Below, piece by piece: positions 26,783 to 34,444 of a DNA stretch of 42,400 nucleotides. The stretch is from Chthoniobacteraceae bacterium (GTDB lineage Bacteria > Verrucomicrobiota > Verrucomicrobiia > Chthoniobacterales > Chthoniobacteraceae). The stretch is taken from NCBI GenBank assembly GCA_044376395.1, contig JBILKY010000001.1, positions 1 to 42,400 of the forward strand, written 5' to 3'. The stretch's first letter is position 1; every line of letters starts with the position of its first letter. The position numbers and the translations under genes were made by a program. A model generated the notes under the pieces. It was not told the DNA's origin and did not search any database. It saw only the letters and a list, made by a program, of their open reading frames with translations.

Positions 26783-28063
26783 TTATGCGCGCAGTTCCCG
26801 GACCGGCCCCGTGCTGTCGCCGTGGCGTTCCGCGTCGATTCCGATGCCCTGCAGCAGCGTGAGCCACACATTTGCGAGGGGAGTGTCCTTTGGCAGCACC
26901 ACATGCTGCCCGAGTTTGATGGATGCTCCGCCGCCGCTAAGCAGCGTCGGGCAGTTGTCCAAGAAATGGATCGAGCGGATGTTGCTCCCGTACACCACGC
27001 AGGTGTGATCAAAAAGACGGCTCCCATCGGACTCCTGAACGGATTTCAACTTGTCCAGCAACCCGGAAAGCAACTGGCTTTGCATGGCATCCCGTTTTTT
27101 CGAAGCTTCCATGCGATCGCCTGGCAGGTAATGACTCATGTCGTGCGGGGCGATTTTGAGATCCAAACTCTGCAGCAAGGTGCCCACGGGCTGCCGGTAA
27201 GTGATGACCCGCGTGCTGTCGGTCTGCAGCGCCGCGACAATCAAGTCGTACATGACACGGATCTCCTCCTTGCCCGCGAGCCCCGGCTTTGGCTCGGCGA
27301 CGGTTGGTTTCACCTTGGGAACCGTCAGCCACTGCTCGTCTTTTGCGAGGCGCAATTCGATGTCTCGGATGCTCTGGAAATACTCCTCGAGCTTGTCCGT
27401 GTCCGCCTTGGAAAGGCCCTGCTGCATCCGCTTCGCATCGGTTCGTGCGGCATCGAGCACGCTGCGGCGCTGGCTGAGCATCGCCTGCCGCTCGCTGAGC
27501 GGGGTTTTCTCATCCGAAAAAAGCCTGTGAAAGGTTGCGACTGGATTCTCGAGTCCTGCCATCGGTTTGCCCCGTGCGTCCCATGCCAGTGAAAGGCCGG
27601 GGCCGTGACCGGAGTTGGCAACATCTGGCGAGTTGAGTTGCACGGAGGCGAAGCGCGTTTCCTTGCCAAGATGCGCCGCAGCCACCTGATCGGCGCTGAT
27701 GCTGTTGTGGAAACTCTGCCCGGGCTCGGCGTAACGATTCGCGCCCGTGAGCCAGAAGGTGCTGCCCCAGTGCGCTTCGTTCGTGAATTTGTTTGAGCAT
27801 CCCTGCACCACGGTGAGATCCGACTGATGCTTCGCGAGGGGACGCAGCCCTTCGGAAAGCTCCCAATCGGCCCCGGTTCTCTTCGGATCCGGAAACCATG
27901 TTTCGTTGGTGACTCCCCAGCCAAAGCCTAGGAAAACCACCCTTTTGGGAGGGGCGACTGGTTTGGCGGAGGCGAAAGCGCGAAACCCAAGCGATTCGAG
28001 GAAGGGCAGTGCGATCAATGCGCCGGAGCCTCGGAGGAATTGGCGGCGTGGAAGAGGAGACAT
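26783..28063 (-). CDS. DUF1552 (HXXSHH family) protein, Tat-type leader
   Basis: N-terminus RRQFLRGSGALIALPFLES and an internal HDMSHY at the HXXSHH position. 426 aa. Confidence 0.8.
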   Translation of the reverse strand: MSPLPRRQFLRGSGALIALPFLESLGFRAFASAKPVAPPKRVVFLGFGWGVTNETWFPDPKRTGADWELSEGLRPLAKHQSDLTVVQGCSNKFTNEAHWGSTFWLTGANRYAEPGQSFHNSISADQVAAAHLGKETRFASVQLNSPDVANSGHGPGLSLAWDARGKPMAGLENPVATFHRLFSDEKTPLSERQAMLSQRRSVLDAARTDAKRMQQGLSKADTDKLEEYFQSIRDIELRLAKDEQWLTVPKVKPTVAEPKPGLAGKEEIRVMYDLIVAALQTDSTRVITYRQPVGTLLQSLDLKIAPHDMSHYLPGDRMEASKKRDAMQSQLLSGLLDKLKSVQESDGSRLFDHTCVVYGSNIRSIHFLDNCPTLLSGGGASIKLGQHVVLPKDTPLANVWLTLLQGIGIDAERHGDSTGPVRELRA

Positions 28064-28150
28064 CAGGAGTGGTTGTTGACGGAGTTGGCGACTCGATTTG
28101 GGCGAGGGGACAAAGAGTGTTCTTCTCTAAAGAGGGAGTGAGATCACAAA

Positions 28151-28370
28151 TGATAGATGACATGAGGTTGTCGAGCGGCGCGAGATCCCGCGATCTTAAA
28201 AGTAAAGCAGTAATCAGTCATTAAAACACACAAACCCTAGCGGAAACTTCCAGCTCAAGCTTGACCAACCTCATAGCAGGAAATCGCTTTTCGCTCCGTT
28301 TCTGCAACTCGCGCGCGCGGTATCGTCGCGGGGCGCGCTAAATCTGAGTCATCTGCTGATGACTGCCCGG
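28151..28370 (+). repeat. Family-1 repeat, composite copy A
   Basis: It has four parts: a left block at 28151-28183, a ~97-nt insert at 28184-28280, a core at 28281-28342 and a right end at 28340-28368. The left block and core match 32849-32942 with one mismatch. The core holds a GC hairpin: GCGCG-CGCG-GTATCGT-CGCG-GGG-CGCGC (28311-28338). The right end holds the hairpin GTCATC-TGCT-GATGAC. Confidence 0.85.
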
Positions 28371-28395
28371 TCCATCCTGAGCCAGTGAAAAGGTA

Positions 28396-28446
28396 CCCAC
28401 TGAAAACAGCGAGGAACCTGAATGGCTCTTCGCTACTTTCAGTGGG
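28396..28446 (-). terminator. Long imperfect hairpin in the inter-operon spacer; weak terminator candidate for the upstream minus-strand operon
   Basis: CCCACTGAAA (28396-28405) pairs with TTTCAGTGGG (28437-28446). An inner AGCGAGGA/CTCTTCGCT helix includes one G-U pair. On the minus strand the hairpin is followed by TACCTTTTC. It lies ~210 nt after the stop at 28656. Confidence 0.3.
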
Positions 28447-28601
28447 CAGAGCTTCCTGGAAGCGATACTGGACACTTTGGAAGACGTCATTGTACCACCC
28501 CGCCGGCGCTCCTAACTCAAACCGGTGGGTCGACGCTTAGAAAACCATCCGCAGATTTCTCAGATTTCGCAGAGGAGTGAAAACCATAAAAATATCTGCG
28601 G

Positions 28602-28630
28602 AAATCTGAGCCATCTGTGGATGACTGCCC
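28602..28630 (+). repeat. Solo copy of the family-1 right end
   Basis: AAATCTGAGCCATCTGTGGATGACTGCCC matches 28340-28368 (AAATCTGAGTCATCTGCTGATGACTGCCC) at 26 of 29 positions, in direct orientation. Confidence 0.8.
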
Positions 28631-28655
28631 TGAAACCCTGGGCTTTTCCTCGGCG

Positions 28656-29957
28656 CTAGGCGAGCCCCTCCAGCGGTCCTGTGGCGGTGCTGAAGCGCTC
28701 GATCGCGACGCCGCCCTTTTGCAGCATGGAGGTGTAGAGGTTGCAGAGGGGCTGCTGGTCTCGCCCCATGAGGGGGATTTTTTTCTCGGGGTTGACCTTT
28801 TTGCCGTCGTTTTCAGCGAGTTCCTGTTTGACCACCTCGAGGTAGGGCCGGTTGAAGGCCAGGTGCTGGCCGTGGTGGAAACCGCCGCCCGCGAGAATGA
28901 CAGGCAGGTTGTAGGTCCAGTGGGTGTTCCCATCGCGCAGGTTGCTGGTCATCATAACCATGGTGGAGTCGAGCAGCGTGGAACCGCCCTCCTTGGTCTC
29001 CTTCAACTTGGCCAGTAGACCCGCAAAACTCTGGATGAGTTCGACTTCGACCTGCCGGCAGGCGGCGAGCTTTTTCGGTTCTTTCCCGTGGTGGGAAAGG
29101 TCGTGGTGCATGCCGAAGGTCATGACGCTCGCTGTCCGTGTGGAGTCGATCACCAGCGCGAGGTGGATCATGTCGATCATGAGCTGGAACCTGGCTTTTT
29201 GCTCCTTCACGTCGCCGATGTCCTTGGGCTCGCCGCCGATGGCCGCGGGCTTGGGGCGTTTCACCCATTCGCGGGCCATCTGGAGTTGGCGTTCCACGTC
29301 ACGCACGGACTCGAAGTATTCCTCCACGCGCTGGCGGTCGGCGCTGCTGATTTGACTGTTCAGGCGCCCGGCGCGCTCGCTCACAAAATCAAGCATGCTG
29401 CGGCCTTCGTCGATGCGGCGTATTTCGGCGTCCATCTCTGCGGGAGTGCCCGCGAGAAAGAGCTTCTTAAACACCGCCGAGGGCCGGTCCATGGCAGGAA
29501 TGGAGACGCCATTGGCGGTGACTGAGAGCGAGCCGCCCTGCGTGGTCAGGGCGAGGCTCTCGTAGCGCGTCGCGCCGCGAAATGTGGCGGCAAAGGCCTG
29601 GTCCACCGAGATGGTGTTCTTAAGGTTATGCGAGTAGTCAGGATAGGGTGCTCCGGTGAGCAGGACGGCTTCCGCCTTGTGTCCGCCGCCTCCGGTGTTC
29701 GGATGGCTCAGTCCGGTGATGATGGTGAAGTCCTCTCGAAAGGCCGAGAGATGAGTGAGGTGCGAGGGCAGCGCGTAATCGTGACCGGCAGTCGTCGGCA
29801 CAAAGGCCGCGGGATCGAATCCAAAGGGGACCCCGATGCAAATCATGCGGCGAGGTGCGGCGGCGGGCGCGGCTGCAGGAAGCATGGACTCCAGCAGGGG
29901 CAATCCGAGGGCGATGCCGGTGTTTCTGAGAAAGAGGCGGCGTGAGATCGGCTTCAT
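28656..29957 (-). CDS. DUF1552 (HXXSHH family) protein, Tat-type leader
   Basis: N-terminus SRRLFLRNTGIALGLPLLES and an exact HDLSHH (HXXSHH). 433 aa. It starts 7 nt after the stop of the upstream DUF1592-type gene. Confidence 0.85.
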   Translation of the reverse strand: MKPISRRLFLRNTGIALGLPLLESMLPAAAPAAAPRRMICIGVPFGFDPAAFVPTTAGHDYALPSHLTHLSAFREDFTIITGLSHPNTGGGGHKAEAVLLTGAPYPDYSHNLKNTISVDQAFAATFRGATRYESLALTTQGGSLSVTANGVSIPAMDRPSAVFKKLFLAGTPAEMDAEIRRIDEGRSMLDFVSERAGRLNSQISSADRQRVEEYFESVRDVERQLQMAREWVKRPKPAAIGGEPKDIGDVKEQKARFQLMIDMIHLALVIDSTRTASVMTFGMHHDLSHHGKEPKKLAACRQVEVELIQSFAGLLAKLKETKEGGSTLLDSTMVMMTSNLRDGNTHWTYNLPVILAGGGFHHGQHLAFNRPYLEVVKQELAENDGKKVNPEKKIPLMGRDQQPLCNLYTSMLQKGGVAIERFSTATGPLEGLA

Positions 29958-29964
29958 ATGATGA

Positions 29965-32580
29965 TTACTTTTGGGTGAAGAGTTCGCTCTGTACGACTTC
30001 GTGAATCAGCGTGCGCACACCAAAGCCGGACGCCTTGGATTTTCTCAAGATGCTGTCGACGACGAGTTCGTCTCCGGCTTCGGTGCCGGCGCCGGTGGCA
30101 AAGGTGGCAAGCTGGTGGACGAGGCTGCGGGCGAGCAGTTCGGGCCGGGCGGCAAGCGCGTGTTTGTAGGCGCGGATGTCCGCGATTTCGATCCCTCCGG
30201 GAAGCTGGCTGCGGGAGTCGACCGCGGCTCCTTTGAGGTATTTGACCTCGCCGTAGCCTGCGCCGATAAAGGCTTTCACCCCCTTGAGCTTCTCCCCCGT
30301 TTCAGTGGTGCGGTAGTAGTCGCGGAAGCGGCCGATGGGGTCGAACGCCTCGAGCACGAACCCGGGTGGATCAATCTTCTGGTGGCAGCCGGCGCACGTC
30401 TTCACAGACTGGTGCTTGGCCAGTTGCTCTCGGATCGTGGTCGCGCCGCGTGTGTCGGGCTCGACCGATCCGGCATTTGGCGGCGGAGGCGGCGCGGGCG
30501 TTCCCGCGATGCGTTCGAGCAGCCACGCCCCGCGCCGTACCGGTGAGGTGTTCGAGCCATTGGCGGTGACCTTCAAAATGCTCGCCTGCGTGAGCAGGCC
30601 GCCGCGCACACTGTCCTCGGGCAATGCGTTTCGCCGCAGGGCGGCCCCCTGCACCGGAGGCAGGTCGTAGTGTTCGGCGAGCCTCTGATTGAGAAACGCG
30701 TGAGGTGCCGAAACGAGCGTCGAGACGCCGAGGTCCCTTCCCACCAGATCGCGGAAAAAGGCGCGGGTTTCTCCCGTGAGGGAGTCATGCAGAAACACGT
30801 CCTGCCTGCCATCGTTAATGCTCTCGAAATACTCCGGGAAGAGGTCGCGGTCCGGCGTCGTGGCGTCGATCTCGCGCAGGTTGAGCCATTGCCCGAGAAA
30901 ATCTCTCACGAAACCCTCAAACCGTGGCGAGTCCATCAGGCGGGCAGCCTCTTTGCGCAGCACATCGGGTTTGGTCAAAACCCCCTGGTCCGCCAGTTTG
31001 CGGAGTCCCTCGTCCGGAGCCGTGCGCCACAAAAAGTACGAGAGTCGTGCGGCCAGTGCGTGGTTGTTCAACTGCAGCGTGGGTTCCACCAAAAAGAGAA
31101 AATCCGGCGAGCACAGAGCCGCACGGTGCGCGGCATTGAGGGCGACTTCGAAGCATTCGCCCTTGGCCAGGCGGTCGCGTGCCATGGCGTGGTAAAGCTC
31201 GACCTCCTCGGCCTTCACCGGTCGGCGGAAAGCGCGGCTCAGAAACCGCTCAAGCATCTCGCGAACCGCCGTCTCCGTGTTGTGCTCCGGTAGCCGGATG
31301 GTGACGGTGTCCTTGAGCTGCCGATAGCCCCGCATTGGACGCAGGATTGAATCCGGCACTCTCGTTGTTTTCGCGATCTCAGCGGCGGGTGCCAGTTCTG
31401 CCTGCTCGCCGTACAGCAGCTGGTGTCCCGGTGGCGGCCAGCTTTCCAGCAGCGGGCCGGTGATCTCCACCGGCTTTAGGACAATCGCCGGCCCCACCGT
31501 GGGGATGGGCGGATGCGGATTTTTGAGATGATGCCAGCCCTCTGGAATGTTCTCCCGCTTGTCGGGCAAATAGATGCTGTAGCCTGCATCCGTCCGCACT
31601 TTGGCCATGCGATAGGGTGCGATGATCAGCGTCTCGCCGCGCTCGAAAGAACGGGTGAGCTCGACCACGTTCTCTTCCCGATGCCGCGCGTCGAAGTGCC
31701 CGAGCAATTCTTTCCGCTTTCCGCCCGCAGCGAGCCAGACGCTGAAAATGAGATCCTCGCCCCCAGTCGTGTCGCGTGCCTCACTTGTGATGCGGATGTG
31801 GTACCTGCCGGGAGTGTCCAGCGTCATTGCCTCAAACTGCCGAAGGGCAACGGGCACCTCGATGTGTGTATCGAAGAAGAAGTGCAGATCCTCCCCGTGC
31901 AGGTTGCATTGAAGCTTGTTGTAAATGTAGTCAGACCAAGGTTTTTCCGCCTCGTGGTTGAACGCAATCCGGTGCGTTTTTGTCTCCGGTCTCGCTTGAC
32001 GGACACTGGCCGCTTCCAGCGCCCGATCAGCCGCCGCCATGTACTGCTGGATATGAACCGGTGAAATGCTCAGCGCGCCGGTTTGGTTGCTGAAGCCATC
32101 GCGCAGGTCGTCCTCGGGCAGCAGATCCCGCAGCGGCACCTCGATGCCGAGCAGATCGCGGACGGTGTTCTCGTATTCCAGACGGTTGAGACGGCGCACG
32201 CGTACCCGGCCAGCCTCGCCGTTTTTGGCGAGTGCCTCCTCGTGAAGCGCTGTCTTCAGAGCCCCGAGCGCCTCGAGAATCTTCGCCTCCGGCAGGCCGG
32301 CCCTTTTTTTTGGCGGAGGCATCTCGCCGCTCTGCACCCGCGCCAGCACCCGGCTCCAGTCCTTGTAGCTCGCCGGCTCACGCAGGTTTTTAACCAGCAA
32401 ATCCGCCCGAAAATCCCCCTCCGTGGTGGTGTCGTCGTGGCATTCCACGCAATGCTTTTCGAGAAAGAAGAGCGGCAGCTGGCCAGAGCCAGGCGCTGGG
32501 CTTTTGGATGGTTCGGCTCGTAGCAGGGTTCCTGTCAGCAGGAGAAGGGCAAAACTGAGGGGCCAAAACGGAACGTTCAT
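29965..32580 (-). CDS. DUF1592-type multi-domain protein (PSD/PSCyt family set) with two heme-c motifs
   Basis: 871 aa with signal peptide MNVPFWPLSFALLLLTGTLLRAEP. Carries CVECHD near the N-terminus and CAGCHQKIDPPGF near the C-terminus. It is a paralog of 24026-26662. Confidence 0.85.
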   Translation of the reverse strand: MNVPFWPLSFALLLLTGTLLRAEPSKSPAPGSGQLPLFFLEKHCVECHDDTTTEGDFRADLLVKNLREPASYKDWSRVLARVQSGEMPPPKKRAGLPEAKILEALGALKTALHEEALAKNGEAGRVRVRRLNRLEYENTVRDLLGIEVPLRDLLPEDDLRDGFSNQTGALSISPVHIQQYMAAADRALEAASVRQARPETKTHRIAFNHEAEKPWSDYIYNKLQCNLHGEDLHFFFDTHIEVPVALRQFEAMTLDTPGRYHIRITSEARDTTGGEDLIFSVWLAAGGKRKELLGHFDARHREENVVELTRSFERGETLIIAPYRMAKVRTDAGYSIYLPDKRENIPEGWHHLKNPHPPIPTVGPAIVLKPVEITGPLLESWPPPGHQLLYGEQAELAPAAEIAKTTRVPDSILRPMRGYRQLKDTVTIRLPEHNTETAVREMLERFLSRAFRRPVKAEEVELYHAMARDRLAKGECFEVALNAAHRAALCSPDFLFLVEPTLQLNNHALAARLSYFLWRTAPDEGLRKLADQGVLTKPDVLRKEAARLMDSPRFEGFVRDFLGQWLNLREIDATTPDRDLFPEYFESINDGRQDVFLHDSLTGETRAFFRDLVGRDLGVSTLVSAPHAFLNQRLAEHYDLPPVQGAALRRNALPEDSVRGGLLTQASILKVTANGSNTSPVRRGAWLLERIAGTPAPPPPPNAGSVEPDTRGATTIREQLAKHQSVKTCAGCHQKIDPPGFVLEAFDPIGRFRDYYRTTETGEKLKGVKAFIGAGYGEVKYLKGAAVDSRSQLPGGIEIADIRAYKHALAARPELLARSLVHQLATFATGAGTEAGDELVVDSILRKSKASGFGVRTLIHEVVQSELFTQK

Positions 32581-32848
32581 GAACGGAGGACGCTTGGTTC
32601 AGCCGCAGCGCCGTGAAGCGGTTGCAGCTTAAAGCGGGCAGGGCTTGCTACCGCCGTCGAAGGCGGGTACGCGGCAAAGGGTGCGGGCGCAACGGTACGC
32701 AGCAGCGCGGCAGTCCCGCCGCGGAGCACGGCGTTTGGCACGGGCATCTTGGGTCGTGGAAGCATTTGGGGGTTTGCTTTTGAGGGTTCGGAACATGGGG
32801 CGGATTCCCTGAGCTTGACCGTGTTTCGAGCGAAAACTTAGCAACCAT

Positions 32849-33072
32849 TGATAGATGACATGAGGTTGTCGAGCGGCGCGAAATCGCTTTTCGCTCCGTT
32901 TCTGCAACTCTCGCGCGCGGTATCGTCGCGGGGCGCGCTAAAGCTCGCCGCTCGGTTACCCGCCAAAGCGGGATCGGTTAAATTTTCGCCCAAGCCTGCG
33001 ACCGTGACCTCGATGCACTTCAGCGAGTGGCCTGCGCCGCCGGCTGTGCCGCAGAAACGGAGCGAAAAGCGA
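32849..33072 (+). repeat. Family-1 repeat, copy B, including a 189-bp unit bounded by perfect 22-nt inverted repeats
   Basis: 32849-32942 equals copy A (left block plus core) with one mismatch. TCGCTTTTCGCTCCGTTTCTGC (32884-32905) recurs as its exact reverse complement GCAGAAACGGAGCGAAAAGCGA at 33051-33072. Confidence 0.85.
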
Positions 33073-33352
33073 CTTCGTTGTTGCGACTTCTGCGACGGCG
33101 TGCGCATCCACAGCCAATGCCGCCAGATCACCAGTACCTCCGGTCGCGTCGGCGAGTTCTTCACTGGAGCGGAAGGCTCATGCTACGGCGCCGGTAAGGT
33201 CTTCGCGAAGGCGGGTAAGCGGGAGAGAGGAATTGACTGTCCCCTTGGACTCCCACGATTTCTCCTGGACGCGGGAGCGGTGAGGAAGTTCACCCGGCTG
33301 CACGAAGTCGCGTTTGCGTGAGTTCAAACATTTCTTCGCGCGCCTGTGATGC

Positions 33353-33691
33353 CTATGGAACGCCGATCTCCACAAGGCTTTCTCCCGATTCCAAGAGATC
33401 GATTGCTGAATCCAAATGCTTTCCCAGTAATTGCTGAAGGGCTGCTTCGCTTGTGTTTCCGCAAGTCAACCACAGGACTTTAGGAGGGCTCCCGTACCTT
33501 TCCAATAAGTGCAAAAAATCGGCGTCTTTTGTGAGAATCACGGTACCTGATTTTCTGGCAGCTTCGAAGATCCCGTAATCCTCGGCATCCCGCAGCCCCA
33601 AATCCCTGAGTGCTTTGGACTCGAAAGAAAACTGATCCGAAATCCAGCCGGCCGTTCGGGGAGAGAGTTGGGCGTCTACCCAGATAGTCAT
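33353..33691 (-). CDS. DUF5615-family PIN-like protein (putative toxin partner of DUF433)
   Basis: MTIWVDAQLSPRTAGWISD...LGLRDAEDYGIFEAARKSGTVILTKDADF matches the DUF5615 pattern (D..lsp...L......lgl..a.D.ei...A......TkD.DF). It has a 4-nt ATGA overlap with the upstream DUF433 gene. Confidence 0.8.
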   Translation of the reverse strand: MTIWVDAQLSPRTAGWISDQFSFESKALRDLGLRDAEDYGIFEAARKSGTVILTKDADFLHLLERYGSPPKVLWLTCGNTSEAALQQLLGKHLDSAIDLLESGESLVEIGVP

Positions 33692-33912
33692 GCCGCGATA
33701 GAGGGATGGTCGATTCTCCTCCGAGCGTAGGCGAGACAGGCCTTGATATCATCAACCTGTAGGTCAGGCATTTCTTGAACAATTTGGTCCATGCTCAGCC
33801 CCGCAGCGAGCAAATCGAGCACATCGCTAACCCTAATTCGCATTCCCCGCACGCATGGGCGTCCGCCGCATTGCTTCGAGTTAAATGTGATACGTTCAAG
33901 CAGCGATTCCAT
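33688..33912 (-). CDS. DUF433-family small protein (putative antitoxin)
   Basis: CGGRPCVRGMRIRVSDVLDLLAAGLSMDQIVQEMPDLQVDDIKACLAYA is a near-consensus DUF433 sequence. 74 aa. Confidence 0.85.
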   Translation of the reverse strand: MESLLERITFNSKQCGGRPCVRGMRIRVSDVLDLLAAGLSMDQIVQEMPDLQVDDIKACLAYARRRIDHPSIAA

Positions 33913-34075
33913 TTAGCGAAAATACACCAGCCATCGGGTGAAAACAAGCGGCCAAGGAGATTGTTGCCCCTGTTTGCCTCGGTGGAACGGATGTCAGGGC
34001 TGTCTTCGGCGGGCTGCCGGCCGGTATTCAGTAGTGCCCTTGCTCATTTTGACTGTTCCGACAAGTGATGTGATT

Positions 34076-34405
34076 ATGCATCACTGGTCTTTTGCCATGC
34101 ACGGACCCAGCGGAATCCTGAGCACCCTAGAGTTCAGAGAAACCCAGTTCGTTCTGGGGACGGAGCTGGCCGCCGATGTGTGGACCATTGCGGGCGAGGG
34201 CGTCGCGGCGAGGCACGCAATGGTGCGCGTCGCTGCAGGCCGCATCCAGGTCGAGGACCTCGCGGGCGGGACACTGTTGAATGGCCATCCGCAACTCGCG
34301 CGCGCGGTATCGTCGCGGGGCGCGCTAAAGTGCTTACTATCTGACTCGGATGTCGCGCGGAGGATGACTGGCAGACAACAGTGCTGTGGTAGGTTTTCCG
34401 ATTGA
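34076..34405 (+). pseudogene. FHA-domain gene fragment truncated by a family-1 repeat
   Basis: FVLGTELAADVWTIAGEGVAARHAMVRVAAGRIQVEDLAGGTLLNGHP follows the FHA pattern (G....d..i.d..vSrrHa.i......i.DlgS.NGt.vNG). It stops being FHA-like exactly where repeat copy C begins (34291). The frame then reads through repeat sequence to a stop. Confidence 0.6.
34291..34329 (+). repeat. Family-1 repeat, copy C (core only)
   Basis: GCAACTCGCGCGCGCGGTATCGTCGCGGGGCGCGCTAAA is identical (39/39) to 28304-28342. Weaker similarity to the family right end continues to ~34372 (ATCTGA...GATGACTG). Confidence 0.85.
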
Positions 34406-34444
34406 ATATGGACTGCGTCTATATAGCGTATTGCGCATGCACCA

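Noticed and set aside
28284-28310. An ECF-type promoter reading of the repeat on the minus strand (GAAAC, 16 nt, then TCGC).
   Set aside because: The putative -10 part differs between copies A and B because of the insert in A, and it does not match the usual CGT-containing ECF -10. A sigma-70 reading (TCGACA...TATCAT) has only a 13-nt spacer.
28422-28580. A 52-aa ORF (MALRYFQWAELPGSDTGHFGRRHCTTPPALLTQTGGSTLRKPSADFSDFAEE) with GAGGA 6 nt upstream of its ATG, inside the inter-operon spacer.
   Set aside because: It overlaps the long hairpin and the repeat arrays and has no recognisable features. It is on the strand opposite both flanking operons. I keep it only as something ribosome profiling could test.
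28549-28610. A possible H-type pseudoknot. On the plus strand, CCGCAGAT (28549-28556) is complementary to ATCTGCGG (28594-28601), and CTCAGATTT (28560-28568) is complementary to AAATCTGAG (28602-28610).
   Set aside because: On the plus strand the two helices are simply nested, not crossed. Only on the minus strand do the segments fall in pseudoknot order, and there the two 5' strands are separated by just 3 nt, which is sterically poor for an 8-bp second stem. The pattern is better explained as inverted arrays of the ATCTG/CAGAT short repeat.
32848-33321. A 157-aa ORF (MIDDMRLSSGAKSLFAPFLQLSRAVSSRGALK...). The related string MIDDMRLSSGA also appears in ORF 28009-28224.
   Set aside because: The shared peptide comes from the family-1 repeat, which also occurs in noncoding and antisense contexts. 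The rest has no coding character and no start context. I treat it as repeat DNA.
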